Of a stretch of DNA of 64,000 nt, positions 52,557 to 64,000 are shown piece by piece. The translations under genes were made by a program, and so were the position numbers. The notes under the pieces were generated by a model, which saw nothing but the letters and a program-made list of their open reading frames with translations, did no database searches and was not told where the DNA came from. The stretch's first letter is position 1, and the number at the start of each line of letters is the position of its first letter. This stretch comes from Podarcis melisellensis (Eukaryota), in NCBI GenBank assembly GCA_964234715.1, contig OZ174280.1; one strand, written 5' to 3'.

Positions 52557-52744
52557 TAGAAGCTGCACTCCACTAGGCAAGTCACTTCTGCCATTGGCGC
52601 ATCTAGCTCAGCATTGTCTCCACTGCCTGGCAGTGGCTGTCCAGGGTTTAAGACAAGAGTATTTCCCAGCATCACCTGTTAATTCTGGTAACTGACTTCC
52701 TGCAATCAATACATGTGCTCTGCCACTGAGCTATAGCCTCTCCC
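52557..52744 (-). mobile_element. Squam2-like SINE, diverged, reverse orientation
   Basis: catctagctcag, tggcagtggct and tgctctgccactgagctat are reverse complements of motifs in the 54204 copy. Confidence 0.7.
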
Positions 52745-53045
52745 TCTTTACCCAAGGATAAAAACATTTAGAACTAAAAGCGGGAGAGCCATTTTTAAAT
52801 CACATGAACATTTTCGCCAGCATAGGCTTTGCTATTACAAGCGTGGGAACACAAAAGTAGATTTTAATCTTATACATGACGCATAGAAACAACATGAATC
52901 AATCTCCTTCAACTTGCCATTCCCCTCCATTACATCTTTGTTCAGCAGGCAATCCTAGCCACTTAAAGAAAAAAGACAGAGAAAAACATGCAGCTTGCTC
53001 CAAAACATCATGAGTTTGTATAACTGGTCAGGAGGCAGGGTGGAG

Positions 53046-53199
53046 TAGAATCACAGAATTCTAGAATCACAGAATTCTAGGGTTGGAAAGGTCGCTGAGG
53101 ATCATGTAGACCAAAACCTCACAACGGAGGAATATGCAGCAGTCCCAAACGGGGATCAAACCTACAACCTTGGCATTATCAGCACTGCGCTCTAACCAG
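53046..53199 (-). mobile_element. Short SINE: tRNA-Ile-like head plus CR1-type 3' tail
   Basis: Minus strand ctggttagagcgcagtgctgataatgccaaggttgtaggtttgatcccc resembles tRNA-Ile; ends with ttccaaccctagaattctgtgattct, like the CR1 terminal motif. Confidence 0.72.
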
Positions 53200-54203
53200 G
53201 TCCATTTTGTTTACCTACAGTTCTTTCCTAGCTTTTCTCCATAGCTTAGGTACACTTAAATCAAACCAATTATAATAGGTCAACTGTACATATTAGTTTT
53301 ATAGGTATAGATAACTGTTTGCAGATGAAAAAAACATAACAGAAAACATGCTACATGAATCATGCAGTTATGAATTGTTTATCTACACCATGATACTTCG
53401 TATACAGAAGGGAGTATCTCTTCCAAGAGAGTGGTATACTTGCCATGACAAAAATATACACTATCTAACTGATTGTATGCTTGAAAGTTTATACTGTATT
53501 GTATTGTATGTTGCCTAGCAGTTCGCTGCATGAAGTGACTGATAAATATAAACAACTAAGTAACTTTTTAAAATAAAAACGAAGTAGTCTTTTCTTCCTC
53601 AAAAGTATTCATCCATCCATCCATTCATCCATGCAGTTAGCAGATTCAAATGCAAATGCATACCATCAACTAACGTTTTATTGGGCAACACATGAAGTGT
53701 TCACACACAATGTGTTACAGGTGCTGTGATACAGTATGGTTCCTGCTTTCCCTTGTCTGGATCCTATGCTCCTCTGACAATATTTGAATGAAGAGCAAAC
53801 TTGGGATGGTTTAAAATGGTTTACTTCTCCCTCTACCCACATCAACAGCATTTATATGAGTACATATAGAGAACAAGGCAAGGTACTTTTAGTGCCAAGT
53901 ATGAAAGTGCCTGGGATCTGCATGTGATGGTTTGGGAAGGCAGCATGGTTGGTAGTGGTGCCCAGTTAGAGCACCATCAAGAAAAAAAAAATGAAACAAC
54001 TGCTGCAGAACAAAATCCCAAGCTTATCTTTATCTCTTCCCATTGATGCCCCAAGCAAATGCACTGGGTACTCATTTAATTCTAGTCCTGCCTGTCTGAA
54101 AACTACTATTGTGGTAGACGGAAAAAGAAAACAAGCCGAAGGCACTGAGAAATCCCAAACACACCAAGAACTGAACCATGAAGAAATACTATAGATTTCG
54201 GAA

Positions 54204-54422
54204 GGGACCACAGTTCAGTGGTAGAACACATGCTATGTGTGCAGAAGGTCCTGGGCGGAATCCCTGACATCTCTTGGTTTGGTTTGGTTTTTAAAGGGAT
54301 CAGGTAGCAGGTGATGTGAAAGACCTCTGCCTGAGACTTTGGAGAGCCACTGCCAGTCAGCAGACAATATTGAGCTAGATGGATAAATAGTCTGAGCTAG
54401 TATAAGTAAACTTCCTATGTCC
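54204..54422 (+). mobile_element. tRNA-derived SINE (Squam2-like)
   Basis: tcagtggtagaacac head, gagagccactgccagtc core, gagctagatgga and cttcctatgt tail; shared with the 52557 and 63695 copies. Confidence 0.8.
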
Positions 54423-56228
54423 CCATCAATCACAGAGGGCGATAAATGGTTGCATAAGGCTTCAAAGCTCCAACCCACTATGATATGGGAGGAGAGTTTC
54501 ATGATGAGATAAAGTATTTTAAAGTTAAACAGGTTCGTGTTCCAAATACGTTTTCACATATTTTAGTAATAAATATTCAAGAGCCTACAGTTTATAGGGA
54601 CTTCTAAGCAGTTTAGGAAAGCAGTTGTTCCCGTACTGTCCATAAAAATACGCACAGAAATACTGGAATGTAAGAGCTCTGGAAGTCTTGAAGTAGAAAG
54701 TATTTATTCTCCCCCATAGGTCTAGAAGAATATCCTGATGACCACACCACGTACAACCCTTGCACTGAACATGTTCATTGAAGCTCCAGTGGGCTAAACA
54801 CTATATTGAACTTTAAAGTTCAACTGTCACCAGCCATGCCAGAAAGTGGCTAAGCATTTCTGTACTCTGAAGAACAGTAACATTCCAAAATGAGCCTATG
54901 CCACATGACACCCAGACATTCCTGTGATTCACAACTTGTACACCAGGTGTGTAAGATATAGGCAAGTGATACAATTTTATCAAAATCAAACTCCCACCAG
55001 TTTGCAAAACTATCAACATTCCCAACATATATGTCTTTCCTTGGTGGGGTGGTGGTTTTTTTGTGTGTGCCCTTTTTACTGTTTTCCCCACTCTTAATCT
55101 TAATTCTCAAACTTTCGCTGTATGGGCGGTGGTGTTTGAGAGAAATAGATAGAATCAATTTTCATCCAAACGGGGGGGGGGGGGCGTGTGTGTTCCTAGT
55201 TAAGTGAGAGTTTACTCCACAAACTGTTAGGGACAAAATGCTGTTTACAGTTTTTAGAGGACTGTGTCAGATAGTTAACCCTCTACCAATATATGCCAGC
55301 AACTTTGTTAAAAATGCAGCTAGAGTAAGCAAGGGAAAGAGCAGTCATATTCCCACATCTGAGGTTTGCCAATAAAAACTTGACATGCAACCCTAAAAGT
55401 GGTTCTAAACCCAGGGAAGTGTAACAAACCCTCAAGTTATGACTTAACACACAATGATTTGGAAAAAGTTTTAAATTATTGTTTTTAAAGACATTAGGTT
55501 CCCAGTGCTATTTGGACAACTATAGCACCCAGAAGGCTCAGTAAGGCCTGTGTCTCCTGCCCTAACGTGTCTAAGGGTTGCTTTGCGGGCTATAGTTTAA
55601 GAGCATACATCACAGAGCATGCAGCTTGACTGACACATTTTAAATAGATGCATGCAGCGGCGTGACAGATGTGATTGCACAAGATGTTTACACTTTGAGC
55701 CTACATATTATTACTACACTTATAGCTCACTTTTCTTCCACAGAGCTCAAAATGGCATATCAATAGCACCTCCAGACTGTCAGCATTTTGCACGAAGGAG
55801 TCAAGCACATACCAAGAAATTTAGGTTCGTGCAATTAAAGTGGATTAAAGTGCTTTATTATCCCACCACAAAAAATCCACTTCAAAAAAGAAACTGACTT
55901 TTGTGGTTAGGGAAGTGACATGGAAATGCATTGAAAAGTGTGACATGAAGAAATGGTCACTGCAAAGACGTATGAATACACCACAGGCAAATCAGGATGA
56001 ATGCTCATTGTTGTATGACCTCCCCACAAACAAATCAGAACCTCTAGATACAATGTAACTCCTGTGAAAGCAAATCAGGATGAATGATCAATAAATAGGT
56101 TGTCTGGAAGACCCCAAAGAATTCCCAGATAGTATCCCTAATCTACATGCTGAAAATACCCAGGCCTGCTTCAAGGCAACAAGTCTCTTGAATCACATGC
56201 CTCCAGACCACAACCCTGGCTATACCCT

Positions 56229-56310
56229 CATAAGAACATAAGAGCTTGTTGGATCAGGCCCATCTAGTCCAGTATCCTGTACTCTCACAGTGGCCAACTA
56301 AAGCCTATGG
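56229..56310 (-). mobile_element. CR1 LINE 3' end fragment (different subfamily)
   Basis: cataagaacataaga terminal repeat followed by ggatcaggcccatctagtccagtatcctg. Confidence 0.65.
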
Positions 56311-56626
56311 GAAAACCTCAGTTCTGACAATCCTCTAAATGGAAATTTGGAAGGATTAGAAACATAACACTGGTTTCCTCCTCAGTTTCCTGATTTGTTC
56401 TAACTTGTCATGGCATTCAAATCAAGCAAACCATAGTTGCCAGATTCCAAAACCATGCTTAGAACAACCAGGAAACGGAGGAGAGAACCACTGCATTAGA
56501 TGGAAGGAGTGAAGCCATGGTCTATTTCCAACCTTCGAATCACATTCTGAACGGGATGTCTGAGCTAGACAATGGGAAAATATTTAGGCTGCAATTCTGT
56601 ACCCATTTACTTGGGACTAAGTCCTA

Positions 56627-56973
56627 GAACGCGGGTGGCACTGTGGGTTAAACCACAGACCATAGGGCTTGCCAATCAGAAGGTCAGCGGTTCGAATCCC
56701 TGCGACGGGGTGAGCTCCTGTCGCTCAGTCCCTGCTCCTGCCAACGTAGCAGTTCGAAAGCACGAAGTGCAAGTAGATAAATAGGTACCACTCTGGCAGG
56801 AAAGTAAATGGTGTTTCCATGTGCTGCTCTGGTTCACCAGAAGCAGCTTAGTCATGCTGGCCACATGACCCGGAAGCTGTACGCCGGCTCCCTCGGCCAG
56901 TAAAGTGAGATGAGTGCTGCAACCCCAGAGTCGTCCACGACTGGACCTAATGGTCAGGGGTCACTTTACCTTT
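56627..56973 (+). mobile_element. Near full-length Sauria-type SINE
   Basis: tRNA-like head (gcgggtggcactgtgg..., B box ggttcgaatccc), body with gtagataaataggtacc and tgctggccacatgacc, ctttaccttt tail; flanking taagtccta / taagcccta. Confidence 0.9.
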
Positions 56974-58300
56974 AAGCCCTATGAACTCAGTTACTTCTCA
57001 GTAGACATGAATAGAATTGCACTCTTAGTCACGTCACACAATTGAGACAAATAATAATCATAGCAGTGAGTAACAAACTGACCCTAACATCAGCTCAAGG
57101 CTTCAGATACATACTTAGAATAAAGTCAAGTACCTATTTCACTGATGTTAATGGTGAATAATAGAGGAGTATCTTCTACTTCACAACCACAATGCTTTTG
57201 CCCATTTGTTAGTACACTTAGATCATTACCAGTATGTAGTACTGGAATAAACCCTGATAGATGATATTTGCTTTTATATAAATGCTGCCTTCTGCCAGCC
57301 TTCTCGCTTGAGTTGAAGCACTGGTCCCTGAGTTCCTTATTTATACAATGGGAGCAGTATTCTAGTTTATTTTTGGGAGATGAGCAAGCCGACACTATCA
57401 GTAAAGGATTGAAGGAGTGTTAAGCCTGGCAATGATTTTTCCAGCATGAATATGAGGAGAATTTATTGCTAACTTATTAGAAACCTTGACAGGAGACTGA
57501 AAAATCACCAAACTAGAAATTGTCAAAACTAGAAATGAATCCTATAGCATAAACAGAAACACACACACAAATTTCTCTCAGCAACTGCTATGGCAAGCTA
57601 CACCATTTTACCTGCATTCAGAAGAAGGCATGTGGGTACAATCAAGAAGTACAAGCCCAACAATTTAGTCAGTCTCTCTGGCACGAGGTATCACAAATTA
57701 CCACCCATGGAAATCTGGACAAGTGTATATGGCATATCAAAATGGCAGCCAATAAGAACTACCAACTGACTAGATTTTTAGTAGTCTTAAAGGGCCTGTT
57801 TGCAGTTAAATCCTAGTCTCAGTGCCAAGCAAATTTTAAATTTAAATGAATAAATAAGCAGTAAAGATACAGATGAGCAGTGGTGGTTTTTCAGTCTTTC
57901 TGGGAGAGGAAATACTGGCAACAATACCACATACAAGTACATGCACAAATATAAAGAGCAGGGAGGTCAGACATTCATCCTTCAATGATTAGTTAGTGTG
58001 ACTGGATAACTAATTGCGATTCTTTTTGTCTGGCATCAAAATAATTTCATTCAACAATTGTCCACTGATTTCACTTTCTGTATTTGTTTGTTTCAAAGTA
58101 CACCTTTTATTTGGCAGCGAAAGGAGGTTAGGGAAAGAGGTAGACGAAAGAGACAGGCAACAGGAGTAAAGAGAGACCCAATACCATATGGCACACAGGC
58201 ATATTAATTACTGCTGCTTTTTAATTAACAATTGCTTAATCTGAGCAGTAACATTTGCCTTGACATCTTTTGACTCTTTCCTAACCTGTGAAGTGCGCAT

Positions 58301-58440
58301 NNNNNNNNNNNNNNNNNNNNNNNNNNNNNNNNNNNNNNNNNNNNNNNNNNNNNNNNNNNNNNNNNNNNNNNNNNNNNNNNNNNNNNNNNNNNNNNNNNNN
58401 NNNNNNNNNNNNNNNNNNNNNNNNNNNNNNNNNNNNNNNN
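58301..58440. other. Assembly gap (140 N), probably at a microsatellite
   Basis: N run followed by agagagag. Confidence 0.98.
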
Positions 58441-59512
58441 AGAGAGAGCACAGAGATCAGCTGGTTTTGCTGTATGGACAGATCTCTCACTGAGAGCAAG
58501 CACACGTAACAGCATATACATGTTATCTTCTACAATTTTAAAATGAAGTATTTGCAGATCTGGGGGCAAGCTACAAGAGTTTGTTCTCTGTATTGGGAGA
58601 ACTGTAGGTGTAATGCAGTGGTGTACACGTACAAAAACACAGAAATGTTTATCCTTAAAGCAGCACAAAGCTCATCAAAATGTTCAGCAACCCACGTACT
58701 GTATGCTCTCGTTACAGAGGTAGCTATATTATGACAGTGCTCTGAAGCAACTGTTTCAAATTGCAGTTTTACCATATACAAAAACTGTAAAGTTAGATTC
58801 TCAAATATATTCTTCTCATAAAGTTTTTGACGCAGCAAGGAGTAAAAGCTTCACTTTCTCCTTTCACTTCTCAATCTCTTAAACTACAGAAGCAAAAAAA
58901 AGAATCAGGCAGACACCTTAATTTTTTCTTCTCCCAATATTCTGGTCCCACACACCTCAAGACAAGAGAGCTAAGCTAGTGTGATTGTAGCAACAGTCTG
59001 TAGATGCTCTTAACTGTCATTTCAACTCTGCACATATCTTACTAAAAGATTCCTTCTGCCAACATAAAATCATCACCTCACATCCGTCCGCTTTGCTCTT
59101 CTGAATGTTGGGTAAATAACTTCTCCTGCCAAGAATATACTTGTCACCGATAGCAACCAGAAACTCCATGGCCTCAAGTCTTCCCCCAGTGAGCACCTTC
59201 AACTGTCATGGAACCTTCTGCCATCAAAGATTCTGCTCTCGCCACCTTTACACATTTGACCCCCTGAGTAAGTCACAGCAGATAAGACACCCACATGCAT
59301 CATCTGTGTCTGTGCCTTCCACCTCACTGCCAAGTAGCACTAAGTGGCAGGGAAAAAGCAAGCGCCCACAAGCACAATAGCAACACTCCAGAAGGCAGCA
59401 AAAACTCTGTATTTGCTTTCTACTTGGGAAGCAGGTGCACTTTCCAAAATGCTGACATAGCCGAGGAGAACAGAGTGCACAACACTGTAAGAGACAGCAA
59501 GGTCTACTTAGA

Positions 59513-59957
59513 TCTGTGAGTTAGAAACTGCTAGGAGCCAAATGGCTCTTGGGACCTGGGTTGTGGGCGCCAAAACAGAATGTACAGTCACCATTGGGGG
59601 GGCGGGTTCAGCAACATTTTTTATTTTTTTTATAAGCATGAACTAGTACACAATTCACATAAGTGAGATTGTTAATATCACTTTAACAGAAATTATTAAT
59701 ACATGTTTAATTTAGTGTTTACAATAAACATATTGGTACCATACTTCAGTTTTCAAAACACTCTACTATTTATTGCTAAACTCCTTAATATATTGTTTAT
59801 CTTTAACATATACTTTGAGGCTTCAAAGCACAAACATTTGAGTAACCCTGGAGTGTCAGTCAGGCTCAAAACATGGCACCCAGACTTTTTAAGGTGCTCG
59901 CAAATAGAGAATCTTTAGGCGCAAAATGCACCTGGTGCCCTGCTAGTTTTGAACCCT
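59513..59957. mobile_element. Possible degenerate hAT-type non-autonomous transposon
   Basis: Right end ctagttttgaaccctg; decayed left end gagttagaaactgctagg; subterminal ggcgcc/ggcacc motifs. Confidence 0.4.
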
Positions 59958-60119
59958 GTCTGTGAGGGTCTATTTTTAAGCGTGGGGGGAAAAAGTCATC
60001 AGAAGATAAGAGGATTCACTTCGATTGCAAAAAAAAACCACCCTGATTCTGTAAATAGTATACGGGCTAAAAAGGAGCAAATATCGATTTTGTCCAAACT
60101 TGAATGTCAAAAAGCAATG

Positions 60120-60210
60120 TGAAGAAGTGTGCATGAACACAAAAGCTTATACTAAGAACAAACTTAGTTGGTCTTGAAGGTGCTACTGGACAATTCTTTT
60201 AATTTTTTAT
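60120..60210 (+). mobile_element. Penelope-like element terminal fragment
   Basis: tgaagaagtgtgcatgaacacaaaagcttat ... ttagttggtcttgaaggtgctac resembles the terminal motif of reptile Penelope-like repeats (recalled). Confidence 0.5.
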
Positions 60211-61231
60211 ATATGTCAAAAAGCAAGACATGCCACTCACTAGCTCCTCAGTGCACGCCACAGTTAAATCCAGGAAGTTCAGAACATGGAATGGTACAAG
60301 CAAGAGCTGTGCACTGCAAGTACAGTAAGCCCTCCAGGGATCTCACTTAAAGCCCAAATTGTGTATAGTCAAAACACAATGGCAGTCCCACCCGCCATTG
60401 ACCCAAAGTATTTTTTCCTGGATACTCACCCCCCTTTTTTTTTAAGCTGCCAAACACATAAAGCTGAATGAGCACATAAATTGTGAACTTACTATACGGT
60501 GGTAGTACAGCAAATTGTTGCATAGAAGTATGAAGGCCAAGCATGCACACAGAAGTAGGCAATATGTGCAAATATACAAACGTGTATGCATACACACATC
60601 CTTCCCCACTCCAGAAGCCATGACCAATCTGAGACGCATGAAGATGCCTTCCAGTACCAAAATATGAAGATTACACTGAAAATTCAATATGCAGCACATC
60701 ACACTCCACATCAACAGCATTCTGTCTAGATTAAACAAACCCTAATCTCCAGGAAGCACAGGGAGAGAATATATTCTAAACCCTATTCACATACGTACCC
60801 TGTGTTTTGGACAATTCTCTGGCTTTCTTGCACCTTCTATCACATTCTAGCTGAAAAAGGAGGCCGAACAAAATTTTAAACTTCTGGCACTGAGCTGGCA
60901 GGAGCTTATTTTTGGTTGAAAGTCGGAACATACTCTTGTCATATTTTAATAACCACAGTCTTAGAGATCCAAATTCATACAGCTTCAGGGCAATTCCCAT
61001 TCAGTTTCAAACTCTGAAAGTTCAGCCCCTCCCAACAGTCAACCAAACCGGTTTGCCCAATTCATTCTTTCAGGCCTTAGAACTACCAAGAAAATAAGAG
61101 ACTAAGGCCAGACATAGCACTCAGTTTACCACCCAAAAGGTCTTCTTCCCAAGTTGTGCCTGCCAGGATTCAAATCCATCAGCATGCAGCTACTCTTTGC
61201 CAAAGGTTAGCAGAAGTAGCTAAATGAAATA

Positions 61232-61491
61232 CCGTATTTTTTGCTCTATAAGACTCACTTTTTCCCTCCTAAAAAGTAAGGGGAAATGTGTGTGCGTCTT
61301 ATGGAGCGAATGCAGGCTGCGCAGCTATCCCAGAAGCCAGAACAGCAAGAGGGATTGCTGCTTTCACTGCGCAGCGATCCCTCTTGTTGTTCTGCCTTCT
61401 GAGATTCAGAATATTTTTTCCCCCTGTTTTCCTCCTCCAAAAACTAGGTGCGTCTTATGGTCTGGTGCGTCTTATAGAGCGAAAAATACGG
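61232..61491. mobile_element. Non-autonomous Tc1/mariner MITE, Tc2-like termini
   Basis: TA|ccgtattttttgctctataagactcac ... gtgcgtcttatagagcgaaaaatacgg|TA; ~27-bp TIR with 2 mismatches. Confidence 0.88.
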
Positions 61492-61989
61492 TACTTAATT
61501 CTTTCATTTAAGCTTGTAAATATTTTTTATTTTATTAATTTCATAAAATGTATATGCCATTCACTAAAAAAAAAATCAAAACAGTTAACAAAAGACAAAA
61601 TAGTACAATAAAAAACCATACATATTGATTTAAAGAAGTGGAGATGCCAACATGTTCAACAGGTTGGTACAACAGTCAATCCTTTCCTAGCAAAGTCCTA
61701 GACTTCCCCAAGTCTGTTTGGCCCTCCTTAAGAATAGAATCTGTTGCCTGTAATCTGGCAAAAGAGCACCAAAAAGTAATGGAAAGGAAATGCTTTATGA
61801 ACCCAGGAAGATGAACCCTATGCAAAGAGGGTGGGGTGATGAACAGACTTGCCCCAAATCTCCTAACTAGCAACGTAATATTATTAATTTACCTAAACAT
61901 TTCTACATCATCCTTTACTTTACTTTACTTGAATTTTACAAGCAAAAAAATATGTTAAAAACAAACCAAAGTTTACAACAGACTAAGAT

Positions 61990-62250
61990 ACTTGGGTAAA
62001 TAAAAACATTTTTTCAGGCACTAGGAACACTGCAATGTATGCATCAAGTGTGCCTCTTTGGGGAGGGCATTCCATAGGCATAACGCCACTATTGAGAAGA
62101 CTCTGTCTCTTGCGGTCAAATAATGTATCTCTGATAAAGGAGGTACATGGACAAGGGCCTCAGCAGATCTTAACATGCAGGCAAGTTGGTACTGAAAGAG
62201 ATGCTCCTTCAGGCATAAGAGATGCCACAAACAACACTATTTCATGCCTA
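61990..62250 (-). mobile_element. L2-like LINE ORF2 C-terminal fragment
   Basis: ORF 62021-62230 LRSAEALVHVPP...RDRVFSIVALCLWNALP matches the L2/CR1-group 'RAFS..AP.LWN.LP' motif. Confidence 0.75.
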
Positions 62251-63694
62251 GAGTCTTTTTTAAAAAATATATATATATTATCAAGTACTGTTGCACCGAG
62301 AACAGTGATTTTCTAGGCCACCTTATAAAGGTTATTTCACAGAATTCTTTCTGTCCTCCAACTGCCAAGGAGAAACGTGTCACACAGGAAGCTGCCCTAA
62401 GCCTCATGGCTCATCACCCATGTCGAAACCCCAAAGTCTACATACTGCACCATACTACTTGATACTTTGAATTCCAGGGTCTGTGGAGACTTGTACAAGG
62501 TGTAGAAAGGAAGGGAGCAATACCTCCTTGCCAACTGGCCAAGCCTCCCTAGGACCACTTCAGAATGCTACAACTTGGCCTTTTGACTAAGCAACACAAG
62601 TGCTAGCCAGGAATGAGTTTGCACAGCTATCTGAAGGATAAAGTATTTTCTCTCACAAACCTCTACTCACATTCAGTCTTTACTTAAACATGTGAAGAGT
62701 TGAACGATATTCCTCCCCAAGTGTGGGTAATAGGAAGTCTTTAGAAAACAGCTCTTAATCTTAAAAGGCTTAGGGTTCAGGAGGAGAAGAAGAACCTAGG
62801 ATTGCTCAGAGTGGCTTTTTACCCTTTAATTAACACACAAACACATGGAAATGTGGAAAGGGATTAGAAAATAAAATCTGCAAGAGCTAAAATGAATTTA
62901 AAGCATTACAGTAAATTAGAAGAGATTTAAGGAAGCAAGGATTGGCTTAGTCCAGGTACCCCTTTTAATGGGATCACACCTATGGATGCTTTCATCTACT
63001 ACTTTCATCTAGCTAAAAAGCAACTTTTTATTTTGGAGTAAGTCACTTTTGAGCCCACCCCATGCACTAATAGTCATTAAAAGAACATGACAACTTCCCT
63101 TCAATGTCCCATACTCTTGAACTTCATACTTTTCTATAGTCTAGTGTTGCTTCTAGTGTTGACATTCATTAGTGAACTCACAATGCAAAACAATGTGAAA
63201 CCCTGTCCAGATTCTGTTGCTTTCCAAGTTTTTCCTATCTCTCCAAATCCTTGACTCTGAAGAGGAGTTGAAAATAATTCTATGGCAGTTGTCTCGCTGA
63301 AGCTGGAGCCAGTTGCATAGACTTACATTTCATACAGTCTCCTTTCTCCTAGGTCATAAAGAAGTGAGAATTGTAGACATTTCCACTGTACAACTGGGGA
63401 CTCTATTTTTGACAAAGGAAATAACATTTGAAAGTCCAGTCAAGAGGGCTAGACCGTCAAGACTATGTGCAGCAGGTAAAGTATTTACAAGATAATGAAA
63501 ATTTTCACAGGAGGTGTTCAACTGGTGGGAATGAAGTTGAATTAGAAAAGGATCTATGGGCTTCTAATACAGCCTAGAACAACCTTTGCATATCCACCAT
63601 TTTAAGCAAAATTTAGCACTTCAGTATGAGACCACATAGTTAACAATGAGCAGGAACTGGCCTCTCCAGTACAGTCACTTGCCTTCCCCTAGAA

Positions 63695-63870
63695 GGGCCA
63701 TAGGTCAATATTTCATGTAGAAGGTCCCATGTACAATCCATGGTATCTCCAGATACAGCTAGAAAAGATTCCGCCTGAAACCCTGAAGAGCCACTGCCAG
63801 TTGATCTATAGAATATAGATCTAGACAAACCAATGATCTGACTTGATACAAGGTCACTTCCTATGTGCCT
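63695..63870 (+). mobile_element. Squam2-like SINE, diverged
   Basis: agaaggtccc ... gcctgaaaccctgaagagccactgccagt ... cttcctatgt. Confidence 0.75.
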
Positions 63871-64000
63871 TTCATCAGAATGAGGGGGGGGGAATAGCCA
63901 ACTTTTAAATCCTTCCATAGTAGCAGAGTTTCTTCCGCCATTATTATCCTATATGAGATGCCAAGGCTAGAACTGGAAGCCTTCATCTCTTCTGCGGAGA

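Noticed and set aside
53120-53199. Functional tRNA gene (also SINE heads at 12996, 54204, 56627)
   Set aside because: Stems are degenerate and the heads are fused to SINE bodies or tails.
121-63918. Most ORFs in the six-frame track as genes
   Set aside because: Short, often non-ATG starts, no recognisable domains; consistent with chance ORFs in intronic DNA.
1-64000. Window-wide forkhead (TGTTTAC) enrichment
   Set aside because: About 14 sites counted by eye, close to the roughly 12 expected by chance at this base composition.
46019-64000. FOXP4 main promoter / CpG island
   Set aside because: No extended GC- and CpG-rich region seen; probably beyond position 64000.

Overview
Vertebrate genomic DNA. 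The repeat content (Sauria-type SINE, BovB-like RTE, Squam-like SINEs, Tigger-like MITEs) points to a squamate, probably a lacertid lizard. The window lies inside the FOXP4 gene on the minus strand. Two coding exons are recognisable: the ATG exon (46018-45820, 16-nt 5'UTR plus 61 codons) and the next exon (21507-21418, 30 codons), joined by a ~24.3-kb phase-0 GT-AG intron. I did not find the upstream non-coding exon/promoter or the following 'VPVSVAMM' exon, so both probably lie outside the window. The rest is intron: many transposon relics (several nested, with readable target-site duplications), microsatellites, a 140-N gap and several non-repetitive, motif-dense blocks that look like enhancers. 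Nearly all listed ORFs are spurious. I see no convincing new multi-gene system. The best leads are a candidate poison/alternative exon at ~15415-15630, candidate enhancers (e.g. MEIS plus PBX-HOX at ~23.15 kb), a decayed gag-like purine-rich block at 28.5-29.9 kb, and old fold-back elements. Repeat family names and human comparisons are from memory, not from a database search.
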